A stretch of DNA of 44,052 nt, counting the filler, from Jimgerdemannia flammicorona (Eukaryota), in the NCBI GenBank assembly GCA_003990765.1. It is 2 parts of 2 records of this genome, joined end to end, with 100 filler letters (N's around TTAATTAATTAA, not from the genome) between each part and the next. Parts side by side here need not be neighbours in the genome. Positions count along the whole stretch, not along the records: positions 1 to 21,979 come from RBNJ01001354.1; 1 more part is not named here. One strand, given 5' to 3'. The first letter of the stretch is position 1, and every line of letters begins with the position of its first letter. The notes beneath the pieces are model-generated. The model had not been told where the DNA came from and ran no database searches. It saw only the letters and a program-made list of their open reading frames with translations. Positions 1 to 13,400 of the stretch are shown here, in pieces. A program made the translations under genes and the position numbers.

Positions 1-260
1 CCCTGAGTCTTAGTAATGATATCTAAGTGACTCTAGTGTTTCTGACTAAACTCCAGAAGCCTAGCTAACTTCTGCCAGAACTGAGACCAGTATATAAATC
101 CCCAAAGACTTAAGTAAACCCATTGAACCTGAATTCCAAGGCGAATTCAGTCTGTGCACAGCAAAGAACAAGACCCTCGAAATAGGGCATAAGAGAAAGA
201 CCTTTGAAACAGAAGGCAAACCAGAGAAAGACCTTTGAAAGATAAGGTACTGTCGCTACA
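1..260. repeat. Possible distal part of an LTR of another element, cut by the window edge
   Basis: TATATAAA at ~91, duplicated AGAGAAAGACCTTTGAAA (~192 and ~223), and an end in ...GCTACA like an LTR terminus. No partner copy in the window. Confidence 0.25.
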
Positions 261-391
261 ACTACTTATAAGTGAGCACTTCCTCAAACTGAAGGCTTCT
301 TGGTATACATTGTGTACTAAGTCCCTAAGTAATAGTCCACTTCCCTAATTATCCAAAGGATAAGAGAGGGATAGAAGTGAGAGTTATTATA

Positions 392-837
392 CTATCCAAC
401 TATATATCCTGAACCATATTGAAATCTCCCCCAAGCATATCCACCCTAGTCTCAGCAAGGACCCCACTCTCCTGGAGCCCTTTCACCCAATTCATACACT
501 CCCTCCACATGGCAGAGTAGTAACAGAAACCAACTGTAACTGGCTCCCAGCCTGCATGAATCCACTCACCCCAGACCAGTCTCTCCCCCCAGCTCCTCAT
601 ATCTTGGATCTCCCCTTTGCCTTTCTGAACCAGAATCCTGACCTTGCTGTTCCAAATAACCATGCCACCCCATTCCTTCATCCATTCCATCCTATCAGAA
701 TTGTCCTCACACCTGACATCCTGCAAAAGGAAGAGATCGGCCTCCAATCTCTTCAGCCAAATAAAAATATTCCTACATCTAGCAGCACCCCTTAGCCTAT
801 TCATGTTCAAAGAAAAAATGTTAGTTGTACTGTTCAT
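392..837 (-). pseudogene. LINE ORF2 N-terminal AP-endonuclease fragment
   Basis: MNSTTNIFSLNMNRL...DLFLLQD...MLGGDFNMV are APE motifs; colinear with 10500-10945. Confidence 0.88.
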
Positions 838-867
838 AATGAAATATGATTTGTTCTCAGTCAATCT

Positions 868-2891
868 CTACTGCTCCATACTCATCTCCTCCTGTGCCAT
901 ATCCAGATTATGTTCTGCCATCACCTCCTCCTCTTCAGCCCTCTGAGCCTCCAATCCAGCCAATAGCTCATTCATTTCCTCATCGGCCTTCTCCTCAAAC
1001 TCCTCCCTATATTTGATGCAAGCCTCCTGTCAAAGCTGCAACCCATAACGCTTATTCCAACAGTACTCAGCCCTCTCCCAAGTGATAACCACCATCTCTG
1101 CCTCCTGCTCCTTGTCCATCTTATATCCTTCCTCCTCCAGATATACCGCAAGAATTTCTGCCTTCAGTACCATTACCACTCCTTCCCCCTGCAAAATTCT
1201 CACCCAGTGCTCATCACCCATTACATACAAGTTCACCTCCCCCAACTCCTCTGCTGCCAGGTTTTTCATCATCCTGCATATCCAAAGTAGGTTCCCCACC
1301 TCCTTCCCACCAGGGGTCGCTGGCCTCCCTCTATCCAGCATTGTGGTGTTAGCTCTAGCACTCGCATCCTCATCCCATACCTCTGGGATATCCACCAGTT
1401 CCTCCTCCCCAGCCACCACCACATGACCCCCATTCACCATCTCTGGAATACTGAATTTCACCTGCTGGGTTCCCAGCATTGTCACATCCTCCCCAGTCTT
1501 GTTCCTGGAAGCCAGGCCATACCTAATAAGAGGAGAAGAAGTGGGGGAGTTCTCCCAGACCTCATCCAAAACCTCCAAGGTGCCATCAGCATACAGGTTG
1601 ACAATTATTATCTCTTTCACCTTCCCTGTCTCCACCCCATCATTCCCACTCCTCTTGCCAGCCCAGATGCTTGCTTTGGCCCCTTCCATACTCATCTTCA
1701 TGCTCGCCTCCTTCTGTGGTCTGCCTTCCAGTTTAGCCAGCAGATTCTTCTGTCTCTTCCACCTCTGAGCCCTTTCCCACTGCACCTTGTCCACTCGAAT
1801 CCTCTTTCCATCCACCACCTCCAGGTGCATCAACTCCTTGAAAGCCTTCCAGGCCTTTGCTTGCTGCTCCACGGCCCCACCCAGTTCTTCCAGTGCTTCC
1901 AACAAATCCTCTTCCTCCTCTTCATTTCCTTTCACCCTCATCACCTTGTACAAGATCACTCCCCAAACCATCACCGAAGGCCAGTCTCTCATCTTCTCAG
2001 TGGCTTCCTTCCCAGCCAGCTGAATCCTCACATCCACATCCCTAGTCCTGAGTGTGGTCCCTTCCCAGACCCTGAATCTGATATCCACCACCTCTCCATA
2101 CTCCGCCATAACATCCTCAACTCTCTTTCTCATCTCCATTGCCATCACTGTGGGCACTCCTTTCACCAGCAGTTGGACCACCCTTGGATCCCATTTCAAA
2201 CACCTCGCCATCAGAACACACACCTCCCCAACCACCAACCCAACCTTCAGTGCCTCCTCCAGTGGCTCAGCCTCCTCAAAACCCACCTCCACACCCTCCA
2301 GTCTCTTCAGAAACTTCACCGAAGCAGCTCCTGCCACCTGCTTAGTGATAAGCCCCAGCACTATCTTCGCCATCACCACTAAGCCCCAGAAGCATAGTGT
2401 AACTGTAAATGCCGAGATCTATTTCTTGAGTAATGGGGCCACTGTCAGGCCCATCATACCATCCGCCAAATCCCCTTATCTTCCAAGCCCCAGCTGCTCA
2501 GCCTCACCAACAGCCATCACATCTGGATTTTTTCCAGATTAGCAGTCCCATCACCATCAGCAGTCACACTCCCCCCAGCCACTACTCTCCCAGCTTCACT
2601 GCTCCCTCTTCCAAGGGCCACTTCCCCATGCCTCACTGCCTTCTCGGTCTCCTTGCCCCTCCTCAGCCAGCCCTCCAGCTCTGATACCTGCTGCCTCCCC
2701 TTCACCATCTCTGCAAAGCTCGCCCTCCTAGACTCCTATCCTCCACCAATACCTCCACCTCTTTCTCGTCCTCCTGCCAGCAGCCCCCTCATGCCCCCCC
2801 CCAGGCCTGGGCCCCTCCCAACTTGCTGCCATTCAAAAGTGGTTGGGCCACCCTGTCTAGTATGTACCTCAGCTCGCCTATCAGTTGTCAT
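868..2891 (-). pseudogene. LINE ORF1 (RRM-like core, acidic/coiled C-terminus), disrupted
   Basis: ORF-track pieces 2517-2708 and 1030-2379 match ORF1 at 8442-10466. One frameshift near 2540 and an internal TGA. Confidence 0.85.
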
Positions 2892-2973
2892 GTTGTTAGT
2901 CTCTTTACTCCAAAAATGATATCATGAGTGCCTTATAAAGGTTGTGTAACCTGAATAGTACTGGAGAAAGATG

Positions 2974-3300
2974 TCTCCTTGTCTTTTCTCAGCCAACTCT
3001 CCAACCCAGATGTCTGCTGCCTCTCCTCCACCATCTTCACAAAGCTTGCCCTCCCAGACCCATGTCTTCCACTGCTGCTTCCTCCCCCTCCTCATCCTCC
3101 TACCAATAGCTCCCTCATGCCTCCCCCCAGGCCAGAACCTCTCTCTACCTACTGCCAGTCAAATGTGCTAGGGCCACCCTGCTCAGTATGTACTACAGAT
3201 TGCTTGCTATTTGCCATTATCTTAGTACCTTTCTCTAATAAACAACTTGAAAGTATATTGTAAAAGTGTGTATAACATGAATGGTAGCTGAGAAAGGCCT
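2974..3300 (-). mobile_element. 5' end (UTR and first ~80 codons of ORF1) of a sister-subfamily LINE
   Basis: Minus strand reads ATGGCAAATAGCAAG...TEQGGPSTFDWQ...GSGRASFVKMVEERQQ...WLRKDKE, then breaks into the 5' end of the 392-2973 copy. Confidence 0.8.
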
Positions 3301-3323
3301 GTCTACCTCTCACCCTCTACTTA

Positions 3324-6300
3324 TCCAGGTATACACACCTCTATTCTTCTCTTGATGATTTCAAAAGTCTCCCATAACCTTACATTCTTCCAGTTAATAT
3401 TCAGAAATCTATACTACTCCTCTCTCTTATCTAATATTTAGACACTCTTCATACTCTATGGTACCTCCTTCTACTCAATGTCCTGATCTATAATTTAGTA
3501 TCACATTTTACTACAAGAGCCTCTACTTCACTACTCAGAACTTGGGAGAAATTTACCTCACCATCTACTTACTCTAGGACTAAATGTCATTCTAGTTCTA
3601 CTCTTTGCCAATTCCTACTCTCTACTAAGCCTCTAGTTATAGATCTCTCTTATGCTCTCAAAGATATTCTATACTATTCTTTAAACTGAATCCTTATACC
3701 AGTATATCTCTCAAAAGATGATCCAGAGTCTTATACTTATATCAATTAAGCTTAGCACCTGAGTATCTCTTATATTATTTCACTACTTCCTTCAGTACTA
3801 CCATATCCTTTACTGAACTCAGCCCTACTACCATATCATCAGCAAAGACTTCCACCTTTCAGTTCATTCCCAGAATATTCAAACCCCCTACTCTATATCT
3901 GATCTAGTCCAATAAAGGCTCTAGAGAGAGAGTATAGAGAATTAATAACAATGAGTCTCTCTGCAGCACTCTTCTACCCAGGGGAAAAAACTCTCCCCTA
4001 TATCTATTTACTAATATAGCCACCTGACTCTTCTCTGACAGACTGATCAAAGATTGCCTAAACCCAGAGAGAACTCTTATATACTTCAGTACTCTCTCAA
4101 GTCACACTAGCTAGACCCTATTATAGATCTTTTTATAGTCCAGAAATACTAGCTGACCATCAATCTATACAGTATAAATACTCTCAATAATACTATATAT
4201 CTATGCCATTCTGTCTCTTATTAAACAACTACTAACAAAACCTCTCTGCTCTGCTCTTAATATCTGCTGAGCTACCCTCTATAGTCTAGCTACTAATATC
4301 TTTGTAACCAACTTATAATCTATATCTAGAAGTATAATCAGTCTCTAGTTCTTTCAATTCTCTCTTCTTCTCTTATTCTTATACAACAGAGCTATAAGAT
4401 TTAGGTACTATCCCTCAATCCAAACCCCTAAGCCAATAACTTCATCATATATTTACATAATCTCCTCTAAAGCTAATTTCAAATTCACTATTCTCTTCCA
4501 GAAATCCCAAGATAATCTATTCTCTCTAGGGGCTATCCTGAGACTCATTATCACCAATACTCTACAGATTTTCTCCCCTCAGATAGGTGCTCTAAGTTTA
4601 CCTAAGCCCTTTATTGGGTTTAGATATCAATTCTCCAAATGTTGTTCAATGTCCTGTATATCCTCCTCACTTACCTCCTCACTCTACAATTGTCTCTACT
4701 GAGAACTCAACTGGTCCAAGATCTCTGAAGTACTGATCACTAACTCTCTTTACTCTTTCTTACTGCTACCTTACCCTCTTTACCCAAAGCTATCTCAATA
4801 AGAACTTTGTAGGCCTCTCTCCCTCTTCTAAGCCCTACTATCTCAATTGTACTACCATATCCTTCACCTGTAGTTCTTCCTCCTACTAGCAGCTCCCTCA
4901 ACTTCTTCTCTTCTAGTTGGATGTACTGAACCCTCCAATCTACCTCCTTTCTATTATTCAGCAAATCAGCCCACTTCATCAATAGTTTCTCTAACCTCTG
5001 GAAAGCCCACCTTAAATATCTCCTCCTCTGAGCACCCCTCTCTCTCTCTGCCTTCTCTCAGAACTATTGAGTATCTGATTTTAAATACCTTTAATAATTC
5101 CCAATCACCAGCCCCTGCACTCTCCAGCTAATGATCCTAGAGCTTATATTAACTACTTATATATCCTATAAGGACTCCAATAATCTGATCATGAGTACCA
5201 AACTATCTCTAAAGAGCCTCAGACATTTGTCTCCCAGTATACAGTAGTTAAGATTTAGTCAATCCTTGAATCTAGCCCTGCTACCCAGTAAGTATATATT
5301 CTGTAGTCTCCTCAATCAAGATACCTGACATCCATTGGTAAGCTCAGACTTTCAATCTCCTTCCAGTCTTCCATACTACTGCTCTTACCAACCATTTTTC
5401 TCTCTCTATCAGTTCTGTCTAACTACCTATTCCATTCTATATTAAAGTCTCTCTCCAGACAATCAATCTCCTCTACCACTATAGTACTAATCTCTCAAAG
5501 TCCTCTTATTCATATTATGTGCTCCTCTCTTTCTACTAGACAATAATAAGACCCAACTATCAGAGAGCTCTAGCTTAGCCTTCTCCATACTCTCCATATC
5601 ACTCTACTCTCCCAATGTCTAATATCTTCAATATCTCCTTTACTCTTCCAAACCAATATATCTATTTAACTCTATCATATGGCCATATCCCTCTATTTCT
5701 TATCCAGTCTAGCATATCCAAGCTCTTATCACATCTTACATTCTATAGTAAGAATAGATCTGTATCCAGTTCCTTCAACTAGCTGAAAATATTCTGATGT
5801 CTTACTATACTCTATAATCTATTGATATTTAAAAAGAAGATTCTAGTTGTACTATTTATATTAAATAATGTTTTTAAGGACCAATTACCTTCTCTATAAT
5901 TCCAAACTCACTATATTACCAGTAATATCTAGGTTTCTCTCTGCCTTAAGCTCATCTGCCTCCTCTTGCTATATATCTAGTACTTCTAAGATCTTCTAAT
6001 AGTTCTCACTATCTACAGCCTCCATGTTAGACTGATACTCCTTGTACACTATCTACTACTTCTCTAACTTCTTCCTAGATTCCTATAGATAAGCTATATA
6101 GTCATTTACAATTGTCAGAAATATTATCTCTTTATTATTATCTATCTTATATTTCTCTGTCTCCAATAAGCCCACCAATAGCTCATTTTGAAGCTCCTGC
6201 ACCACCTCTTTTTCTCATAGGATCTCACCCCAATGTCTTTTACTAATTATCTGAAAATCCACCTCACTTAACTTATCTACTATAACATTCATCAGTATCT

Positions 6301-6928
6301 TCCACAACTATCTCTTTTCTTCTATGATCTCATCAATACCTAGAGCTATCTTCTGCCCCCCAACCCTCTGATCTCTCTCAGTATTTGTTCTTACTAACTC
6401 ATCTAAATCCTCTTCTAGTATATCCTACAACTCTTCAGTCCTCCTTCCTTCTATGGACACCCTATACTATACTTGGACCTTCTTTACTATCATCTCATTC
6501 TCTGCTACTATACTCTGTCTGGAGCCTCTACCCTCTCCCAGAGTTATTGTGAGAGTTTCTCTCTTCTTCTCTACCTAGGCACTCACTCTCAATTCATCTC
6601 CTTTAGCAGTATTCTCTCTCTCTACCCTTCCTTCCAGATTTGCTAATAAGTCTTTCTAATACTATATCTTATACACTCTCTCTTAGGCAACTCAATCTAG
6701 TCACACTCTTCTGCCATTCACAATCTCTACCACTGTCTTAGCCTTGAACTTCTTCTATGCTAGTCATCTTTTCTCTACTGCTCTAGTCAGATCTTTCAAT
6801 GCCTCCAGTAAATCCTCCTCCTCCTCTGACATTTCCTTCACCCTTGAGACCTTATACTCTACTGATTTCCACTTAAGTACTACTGGTCAATCTCTTCCTT
6901 TTCCAGTATTCTTCTTATCTGTCAGCCT
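3324..6928 (-). mobile_element. Heavily mutated LINE segment from mid-ORF1 to the ORF2 RT YLG motif; inverted 5' part of a twin-primed insertion
   Basis: At 6928 the minus strand matches ORF1 RLAEKEATGKVRDWP. ORF2 APE start lies near 5870, a QGD-L-P/FADD remnant near 3700-3850, and it ends at TAC CTG G (YLG) near 3325. TpA-rich and essentially CpG-free. Confidence 0.75.
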
Positions 6929-7026
6929 TATCTAAAGATTTAATTCTCAGTATATAGTATAGTTCTACTAGAGAAGTGGAAAGAGAGATAATACTGAAAT
7001 AGAAAAGAGTCTTGATAGAGTAGTTT
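6929..7026 (+). mobile_element. Sense part of the same old LINE, left of the LTR-element insertion
   Basis: TAT CTA AAG ATT TAA TTC TCA GTA TAT AGT is a decayed YLGI.FSVYG, matching ~12800-12830. Confidence 0.65.
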
Positions 7027-7490
7027 TGTAATAATTTCACAGTTATATTTAGTCTTAGTATATTTTCGTGTCTTTTAGTTAGTCTTTTTTTGTCATTTCT
7101 TGAATATTCTACTATGTTCTATCACCTTCTACTTGCTTAGAAACCTTTTCTTGACACTTAGATACTACTAGAATATTCTTGTCTTTCCTTGGTACCAAGC
7201 ATCTTGTCTTAGCTAGTCATGGAACCTTTCAGAACATTGTAGAATAGTATTGCTCAGCTTTACCAAGAACCTATTTCTTGGTATTTCTCATTTTTTCCAA
7301 GATCCTTCTGGATCTTTCTTTCAGATCATGTATAAATATTCTTGTTCTCTGCCTAAATAAAGCTTAGAATATTTTCTCCCAGAAATCCTTCAAAAATACT
7401 TGAACCTTTAAGTATCTCTTTAAGCTACTTTAAGTCCACTAGAACTTCCAGATTTAGCCACTTCCTCTTAAAGAAACTAGAATTGTTACA
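7027..7490 (+). repeat. 5' LTR of element A
   Basis: TGTAATAATTTC...AATTGTTACA; direct repeat of 20214-20677 with transition differences; contains TATAAAT and AATAAA. Confidence 0.95.
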
Positions 7491-7492
7491 CT

Positions 7493-7504
7493 TGGTAGCA
7501 GTGG
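7493..7504 (+). promoter_or_regulatory. Primer binding site, probably for initiator tRNA-Met
   Basis: TGGTAGCAGTGG lies 2 nt after the LTR. TGGTAGC is the start of the tRNAiMet PBS used by Ty1/Ty3. Confidence 0.6.
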
Positions 7505-8441
7505 TGTCATTATATCTTATCTTATTAAGAAACCTCACATGAATTCAGAAACCAGTCACAACTAGTCACATGAATCCAAAATGAGCCACAAAGAGTCAGT
7601 CTATCAGCCAGACCCCTCTGCTACAGAAGAAGTAGAAGGATCGCAGCTCAACATAGAAGATATGATCAATGCCATAGCTCACCAAATTCAAGAACTTCAA
7701 GTATAACTAGAACAGCAGAAAATACAAACTATGGGAATATCACATTCTGCTATAGCACCAGTTAGTTTTAAGCTACTCAAGCCAGATACCTTTGATAGCC
7801 ATCAAGGAGAACTATCTACAGATGCATGGACCTTTCAATTGGACCAATACTTCAAACTCACAAGAATGGAAGATAATATGCAAGTCCAATTTGCTGCCAT
7901 ACTTCTCTAAGGAAATATAGCCATCTGGTAGTACAATTATATCATAGTTACATCTATATACTCATATATACAAATCAGAGATTGGAAAGCTTTCAAGAGA
8001 GCTCTTCACAAGTAGTTCAAGCCTGCTAATGCCACCAAGCTAGCTAGGGACAAGCTAGTGAACAAAAGCAACTCAAGTCTATGCAAAGCTACAATGCACA
8101 ATTCTTATCAATCCTACTTAAGCTACCAGTAGTATCTGAGGATGAAAAGATAGACTACTATGTCTGAGGTCTAAAGGGAAACATATAAGTCAAAGTCAAG
8201 CTAGAAGAGTCCAAAACTCTTAATGAAGCCATGAGAATCGCTAATAGATTTAATATCATCACCTTTGGCAACTGCTTCAAACCAGAATACCACAAGAAGA
8301 ACCACTTCAAGAACCACTACAGAAACTAACAAAGGACAGTTGGCCTCAGACTAATCTCGCATCTCTTTCCAGTACCATTCAGGTTACACAATCTTTGGAA
8401 GGCACTTACAATATTATTTTTAGCAAAAAGAGACTAACAAC

Positions 8442-10466
8442 ATGGCAACCGACAGGTAACCTGAGGTGCGTACTGAGCAGAGTGGCCCAAGCGCTTTCAA
8501 CTGGCAGCAGGTGGGGAGGGGTCTAGGCCTGGGGGGGGGTATGAGGGACCTGCTGGCAGGTGGATGTGGAAGGAGTGGAGGAGGTGGCGGAGGATCAGGA
8601 TCTGGGAGGGCAAGCTTTGTAGAGATGGTGAAGGAGAGACAGCAGGTGTCAGGGCTGGAGGGCTGGCTGAGGAAGGGCAAGGAGACCGAGAAGGGGATGG
8701 TGCAGGGGGGAGCGGCCCTTGGAAGGAGAGGCAGTAGAGCTGGGGAAGTAGCAGCTGGGGGGAGTGTAACTGCTGATGGTAATGGGACTATCAATCTGGA
8801 AAAAAATCCAGATGTGACAGCTGATGGTGAGGCTGAGCAGCTGAGGTTTAGAAGACAAGGGGACTTGGCGGATAGTGTAACAGATCTGGTGGTGGCCCCG
8901 TTACTCAAAAAATCGATCTCGGCATTTGCAGTCATACTGTGCTTCCAGGGCCTGGCAGTGATGGTGAAAATGGTGCTGAGGCTCATCACTAAGCAGGTGG
9001 TAGGAGCTGCATCGGTGAAGTTTTTGAAGAGACTGAAAGGAGTGGAGGTGGGTTTTGAAGAGTCAGCACTGCTAGAGGAGGCGCTGAAGGTTGGATTGGT
9101 GATTGGGGAGGTGTGTGTCCCAATGGCATGGTGCCTGAAGTGGGACCCCAGGGTGGTCCAACTGCTGGTGAAAGGCATGCTGATGGTGATAGCAATGGAG
9201 ACAAGGAAGAGAGTTGAGGATTTCATGGCCAAATATGGAGAGGTAGTGGATATCAGGTTCAGGGTCTGGGAAGGAACCTTGCTCAGGACTGGTGATGTGG
9301 ATGTGAGGATTCGGCTGGCTGAGAAAGAAGCCACTGGGAAGGTGAGGGACTGGCCTTTGGTGATGGTCTGGGGAGCAATCCTGTGTAAGGTGACAAGGGT
9401 GAAGAGAAGTGAGGAAGAGGAGGAAGATTTATTGGAAGTGCTAGAAGAGCTGGATAGTGCTGTAAAGAGGCGAGTGAAGGCTTGGGAGACTTTTGTGGAG
9501 TCAACACACTTGGAGGTGATGGATGGAAAGCAGATTCAAGTGACCAAGGAGCAGTGGGAAAGGGCTCAGGAGCATAAGAGGCAGAAAGAGCTACTGGCCA
9601 AGCTGGATAGCAGACTACTGGGGGAGGCAAGCAAGGTGAAGGGTACAGGGGGAGCCAAAGTGAGTGTCTGGGCCAGTGAGGGGGAGGGGAAGGACAAGAA
9701 GGAGGTGGGGGAAGACAAGGAGAGGGCTAGGAAGGACCCATATGCAGATGGTACACTGGAGGTTTGGGAGGAGGATTGGGGGGGCTCCCCTACCCCTACC
9801 CCTCTCATCAGGCATGACCCAGCTTCCCGGAACAGGGTGGTGGAAGATGTGCCAATGCAAGGGACCCAGAGGGTACAATTCAGAGTTCTGGAGGTGGCAT
9901 ATGGGGGACAGGTGGTAGCGGCTGGTGAGGAGAAACTAGTGGATGTCCCAGAGATATGAGATGAGTCTGCAAGTGCTGGAGCTGACACCACAATGTTGGA
10001 TGGAGGGAGGCCAGTGACTCCGGGGGGGAAAGAGGTGGGGAACTTGCTTTGGATGTGCCAGATGATGAATAACCTGGCAGTGGAAGAGTTGGGGGAGGTG
10101 GACTTGCGAGTGATGAGTGATGAGTATTGGGCAGAGATACTGCAGGGGGATGGCATAATGAAGGCATTGAAGGTGGAAATTCTTATAGTGTACCTAGAGG
10201 AGGAAGGGTATGAGGTGGATAAGGAGAGGGAGGCAGAGATGGCAGTCATTGCTAGAGAGAGGGCTGAATACTGCTGGAATAAGCATCATGGACTACAGCT
10301 CTGGTAGGAGGTGTACATCGAATACCGAGAGGAGTTCGAGGAGAAGGCAGATGGAGAGATAAATGAACTGCTGGCTGGATTGGAGGCTCAGAGGGCAGAA
10401 GAGGAGGAGGTGGCTGCGGAATATAATCTGGACATGGCACAGGAGGAGATGAGTATGGAGCAGTAG
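8442..10466 (+). pseudogene. LINE ORF1 (675 codons with three premature stops)
   Basis: One frame from ATG 8442 to TAG 10466 joins ORF-track pieces 8466-9959 and 9993-10307. Gly-rich N-terminus and an RRM-like segment QLLVKG...KYGEVVDIRF...RTGDVDVRI. Confidence 0.88.
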
Positions 10467-10499
10467 AGACTGATTGATGACATAACATACTTCATCATT

Positions 10500-13400
10500 A
10501 TGAACAGTACAACCAACATTTTCTCTTTAAATGTGAATGGGTTATGGGGTGCTTCTCAACATAGGAACATTTTTACTTGGATGAAGGGATTGGAGGCTGA
10601 TCTCTTCCTCTTGCAGGATGTCAGGTGTGAAGATGACTCTGATAAGATGGATGGACAAAGGAATGGGGAGGTGTGGTGATTTAGAAGGGCAAGGTTGGGA
10701 TTTTGGTTCGGAAAGGCAGAGGGGAGATACAGAATGTAAGGAGCTAGGGGGAGAGACTGGTCTGAGGTGAGTGGATTTGGGCAGGCTGAGAGCCAGTTAT
10801 GGTTGGCTCCTGCTACTGCCCTGCAGTACAGAGTGAGAGAGTGGATTGGGTGAAAGGCTTACAGGAGAGTGGATTACTTACAGAGGCTGGGGTGGATATG
10901 CTTGGGGGAGATTTCAATATGGTTTGGGATATACTGTTGGATAGAACAGATGGAGGACAAGGTGCTGAGAGCAGGAGTGGAAGACTGGTGGCATGGAAGG
11001 AAGTAAAAAGACTAAGTGCACTAGTAGATGCTGGAAGGGAGTGCTGGGGGAATAGGAGGGTTTATACACATTGGGCAGGGGGTCTGGGGACTAGAATCGA
11101 CTAGATTTTGATGGCCAGCTGCTGGGGCCTAGATGTTTGGAAGTTACTGGAGGTGGAATAGTGTCCATGGTCGGATCACTGGAGGCTTTTGGGACAGGGG
11201 TGCTTTGGGGGAAGGGGGGATGGGCCTGGATATTGGTACCTCAATTCCTCTTTGTTAGATGACAAGATCTGGTGGGAAGAGTGGACTAAAGACATTCAGC
11301 TGAGGGTAGAGACCTGGAGGCAGGAAGGGGCCTCAGTTAGAACTCAGTGGATGAGGATGAAGGAGATGGCCAGGATTTACTAGAGGGAGGCTGGCAAGGA
11401 GGCAGGGAAGCAGTGAAAGCAACAAGTGTGTTGGGCCTCCACTAGATTGATGAGGCTCCTGGAGGAGTGGGCGAGGCTAACAATGTTGGAGGGAGAAGAA
11501 GATTGGAGATTAATGAGGGCGAAAATAGAGGTTGGGGAACTTCAACAGGTGCTGCGGGAGGAGGAAGAGGCAAGGGTACAGAGCTTAGCAGTACATCTTT
11601 ACTGGCAGGATCTGGAGGAGGGAGAGAGGCCTTCCAAGCTACTTACAAGGGCCCTTAGGGCAAGGCGGGTACAGCAACGGTGGGAAGGGGTATTGGACTC
11701 AGATGGTGTACTGGTGCATAGTGTACAGGACATTCTTGAATTACTGAAGGAGAGATGGAGTGGATTGTAGAGTAAGGAGGAGGGTGGGGCAGATGCCACT
11801 ACAATTGAATGGACATTGGAGGATTGGCACTCACCACAAGTCGAAGGGCTAGGGGACCTGGTGATGCCTGTACAGGAGGATGAGATCCACCAGGTTCTTG
11901 CCGCAATAACACTAGGTATGGCACCTGGGGAGGATGGTCTGCCCTAAGACTTTTGGAAGTGAATGGTTGGAGTCCCAGGAGTAATGGGAGAGATGACAGC
12001 ATTGTGTGACCTTATTCTACAGACAGGGAGGTGGGTGGGGGAGCAGGACCTTGGGCTGGTGATACTGCTTTACAAAAACATAGGAAGGTGGGAGGATTGG
12101 AAGAACTGGTGGCTGATAATGTTGCTAGATATAGACAGAAAGTTGGTAACTAAGGTGGTGGTGGCATGACTACAGAAGGTGACCCAGCAAGTCATGGGTG
12201 TTGAGCAGAGGGGATTTGTGGGTGGTCGGCTCATCAGGGATGGTACTGCCTGGGTACATGGCATTATCAAAGGGGCAAGGGCCTGTAGACTGGATGGGTG
12301 TCTAGTATTCTTGGACCAGAAGAAGGCATATGACTGGGTGTGAAGAGTCTGGCTGGTAAAAGTTTTGGATAGAATGGGGGTTCCACATCAATTCTGGTCA
12401 GCAATGGTCAGCCTACTGGAAGGGAGTAGGGCTGCACTCACGTGTAATGGACATAGAGGGGTAGCATTCCCCTTAGATAGGGGGGTGCCTCAGGGGGACC
12501 CATTGTCCCCCATTTTGTATGCTCTTTCCCTAGAATCTCTTATGGACAGAATTAGGCAGAGGATAGCAGAGCTCTCTGTCTTTGGCATAGGATGGAAAGT
12601 TGGGGCCTTTGCTGATGACATGGTGGTGGGTTTGGGTTTAATTGCTGATGTTGAGGAGCTCAAGAAGACTGTGGAGTGGTATGAGGAGTACTCTGGAGCT
12701 AAGCTGAATTGGTATAAGTGTGAGTCAATAGTGCTAGGCAATGGCCTGGTGGGAGGGGAAGTTATAGGAACAATTGTCCCCACTGGTGAAGTAGTGTAGT
12801 ACTTAGGTATCTACTTTTCAGTCTATGGGTCAGTTCTGTCCAGGCTTTGGTGGGAGCAGAGGATTGGAATCTGGGAGGAGGCCCTGCAGAGTTGGGGGGG
12901 AAGATATTTTTCTCTGGCAGGGTGGGTCTCGATTTTGAATATCAACTGGCTGCCAAAGTTATGGTACCTGGCGTATCATCTGGACTTCCTAGCCTGAGTG
13001 GTGAAGAAACTGATGAAGTCGGTGAAGGGATGGATTTGGGCTGACAGGCAGAGTCAGATTAGTTGGGAGACCTTGTCCCTATCAGTGGCAAGAGGCAGTC
13101 TTGGGCTGGTTGACTTTCCAAAATAGTTATACTGCTTGAGAGCATGGTGGCTGAAGAGGGCAGTGGATTTGAGAGGAGGTGGATGGGTTCCTCTGCTACA
13201 GAAGATCTGGGAGAGGCGGATATCACCAAGGGGCTCAACTGGCGATCTCCTCTCCTTGGTTGGGCTTCAGAACACTGAACAACTGTGATATAAAGGATTT
13301 TGGTGGGGGATTGCAGAAGGGGTGCACTGCATTGGTATTCATTGGCAGGGGAATGAAGGAGAGGAGGATTGAGACCTGGCAATGTGGAGGTGGGATCGTA

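Larger units (their letters stand above)
392..2973 (-). mobile_element. L1-clade LINE copy: 5' UTR, ORF1 and the start of ORF2, 3'-truncated
   Basis: Reverse complement aligns by eye with 8360-10945 (5' UTR CATCT..CCAGTAC..TTCAGGTTACACAA; ORF1; APE motifs FSLNMN, LLQD, GGDFN). Similarity stops just after GDFNMVQDI. Confidence 0.92.

Noticed and set aside
1082..2542. Long Ser/Pro/His-rich ORFs antisense to LINE ORF1 (also 8420-9334 and 9566-10249)
   Set aside because: Shadow frames of a G-rich, Glu/Gly/Val-rich sense ORF. They are low complexity and have no independent motifs.
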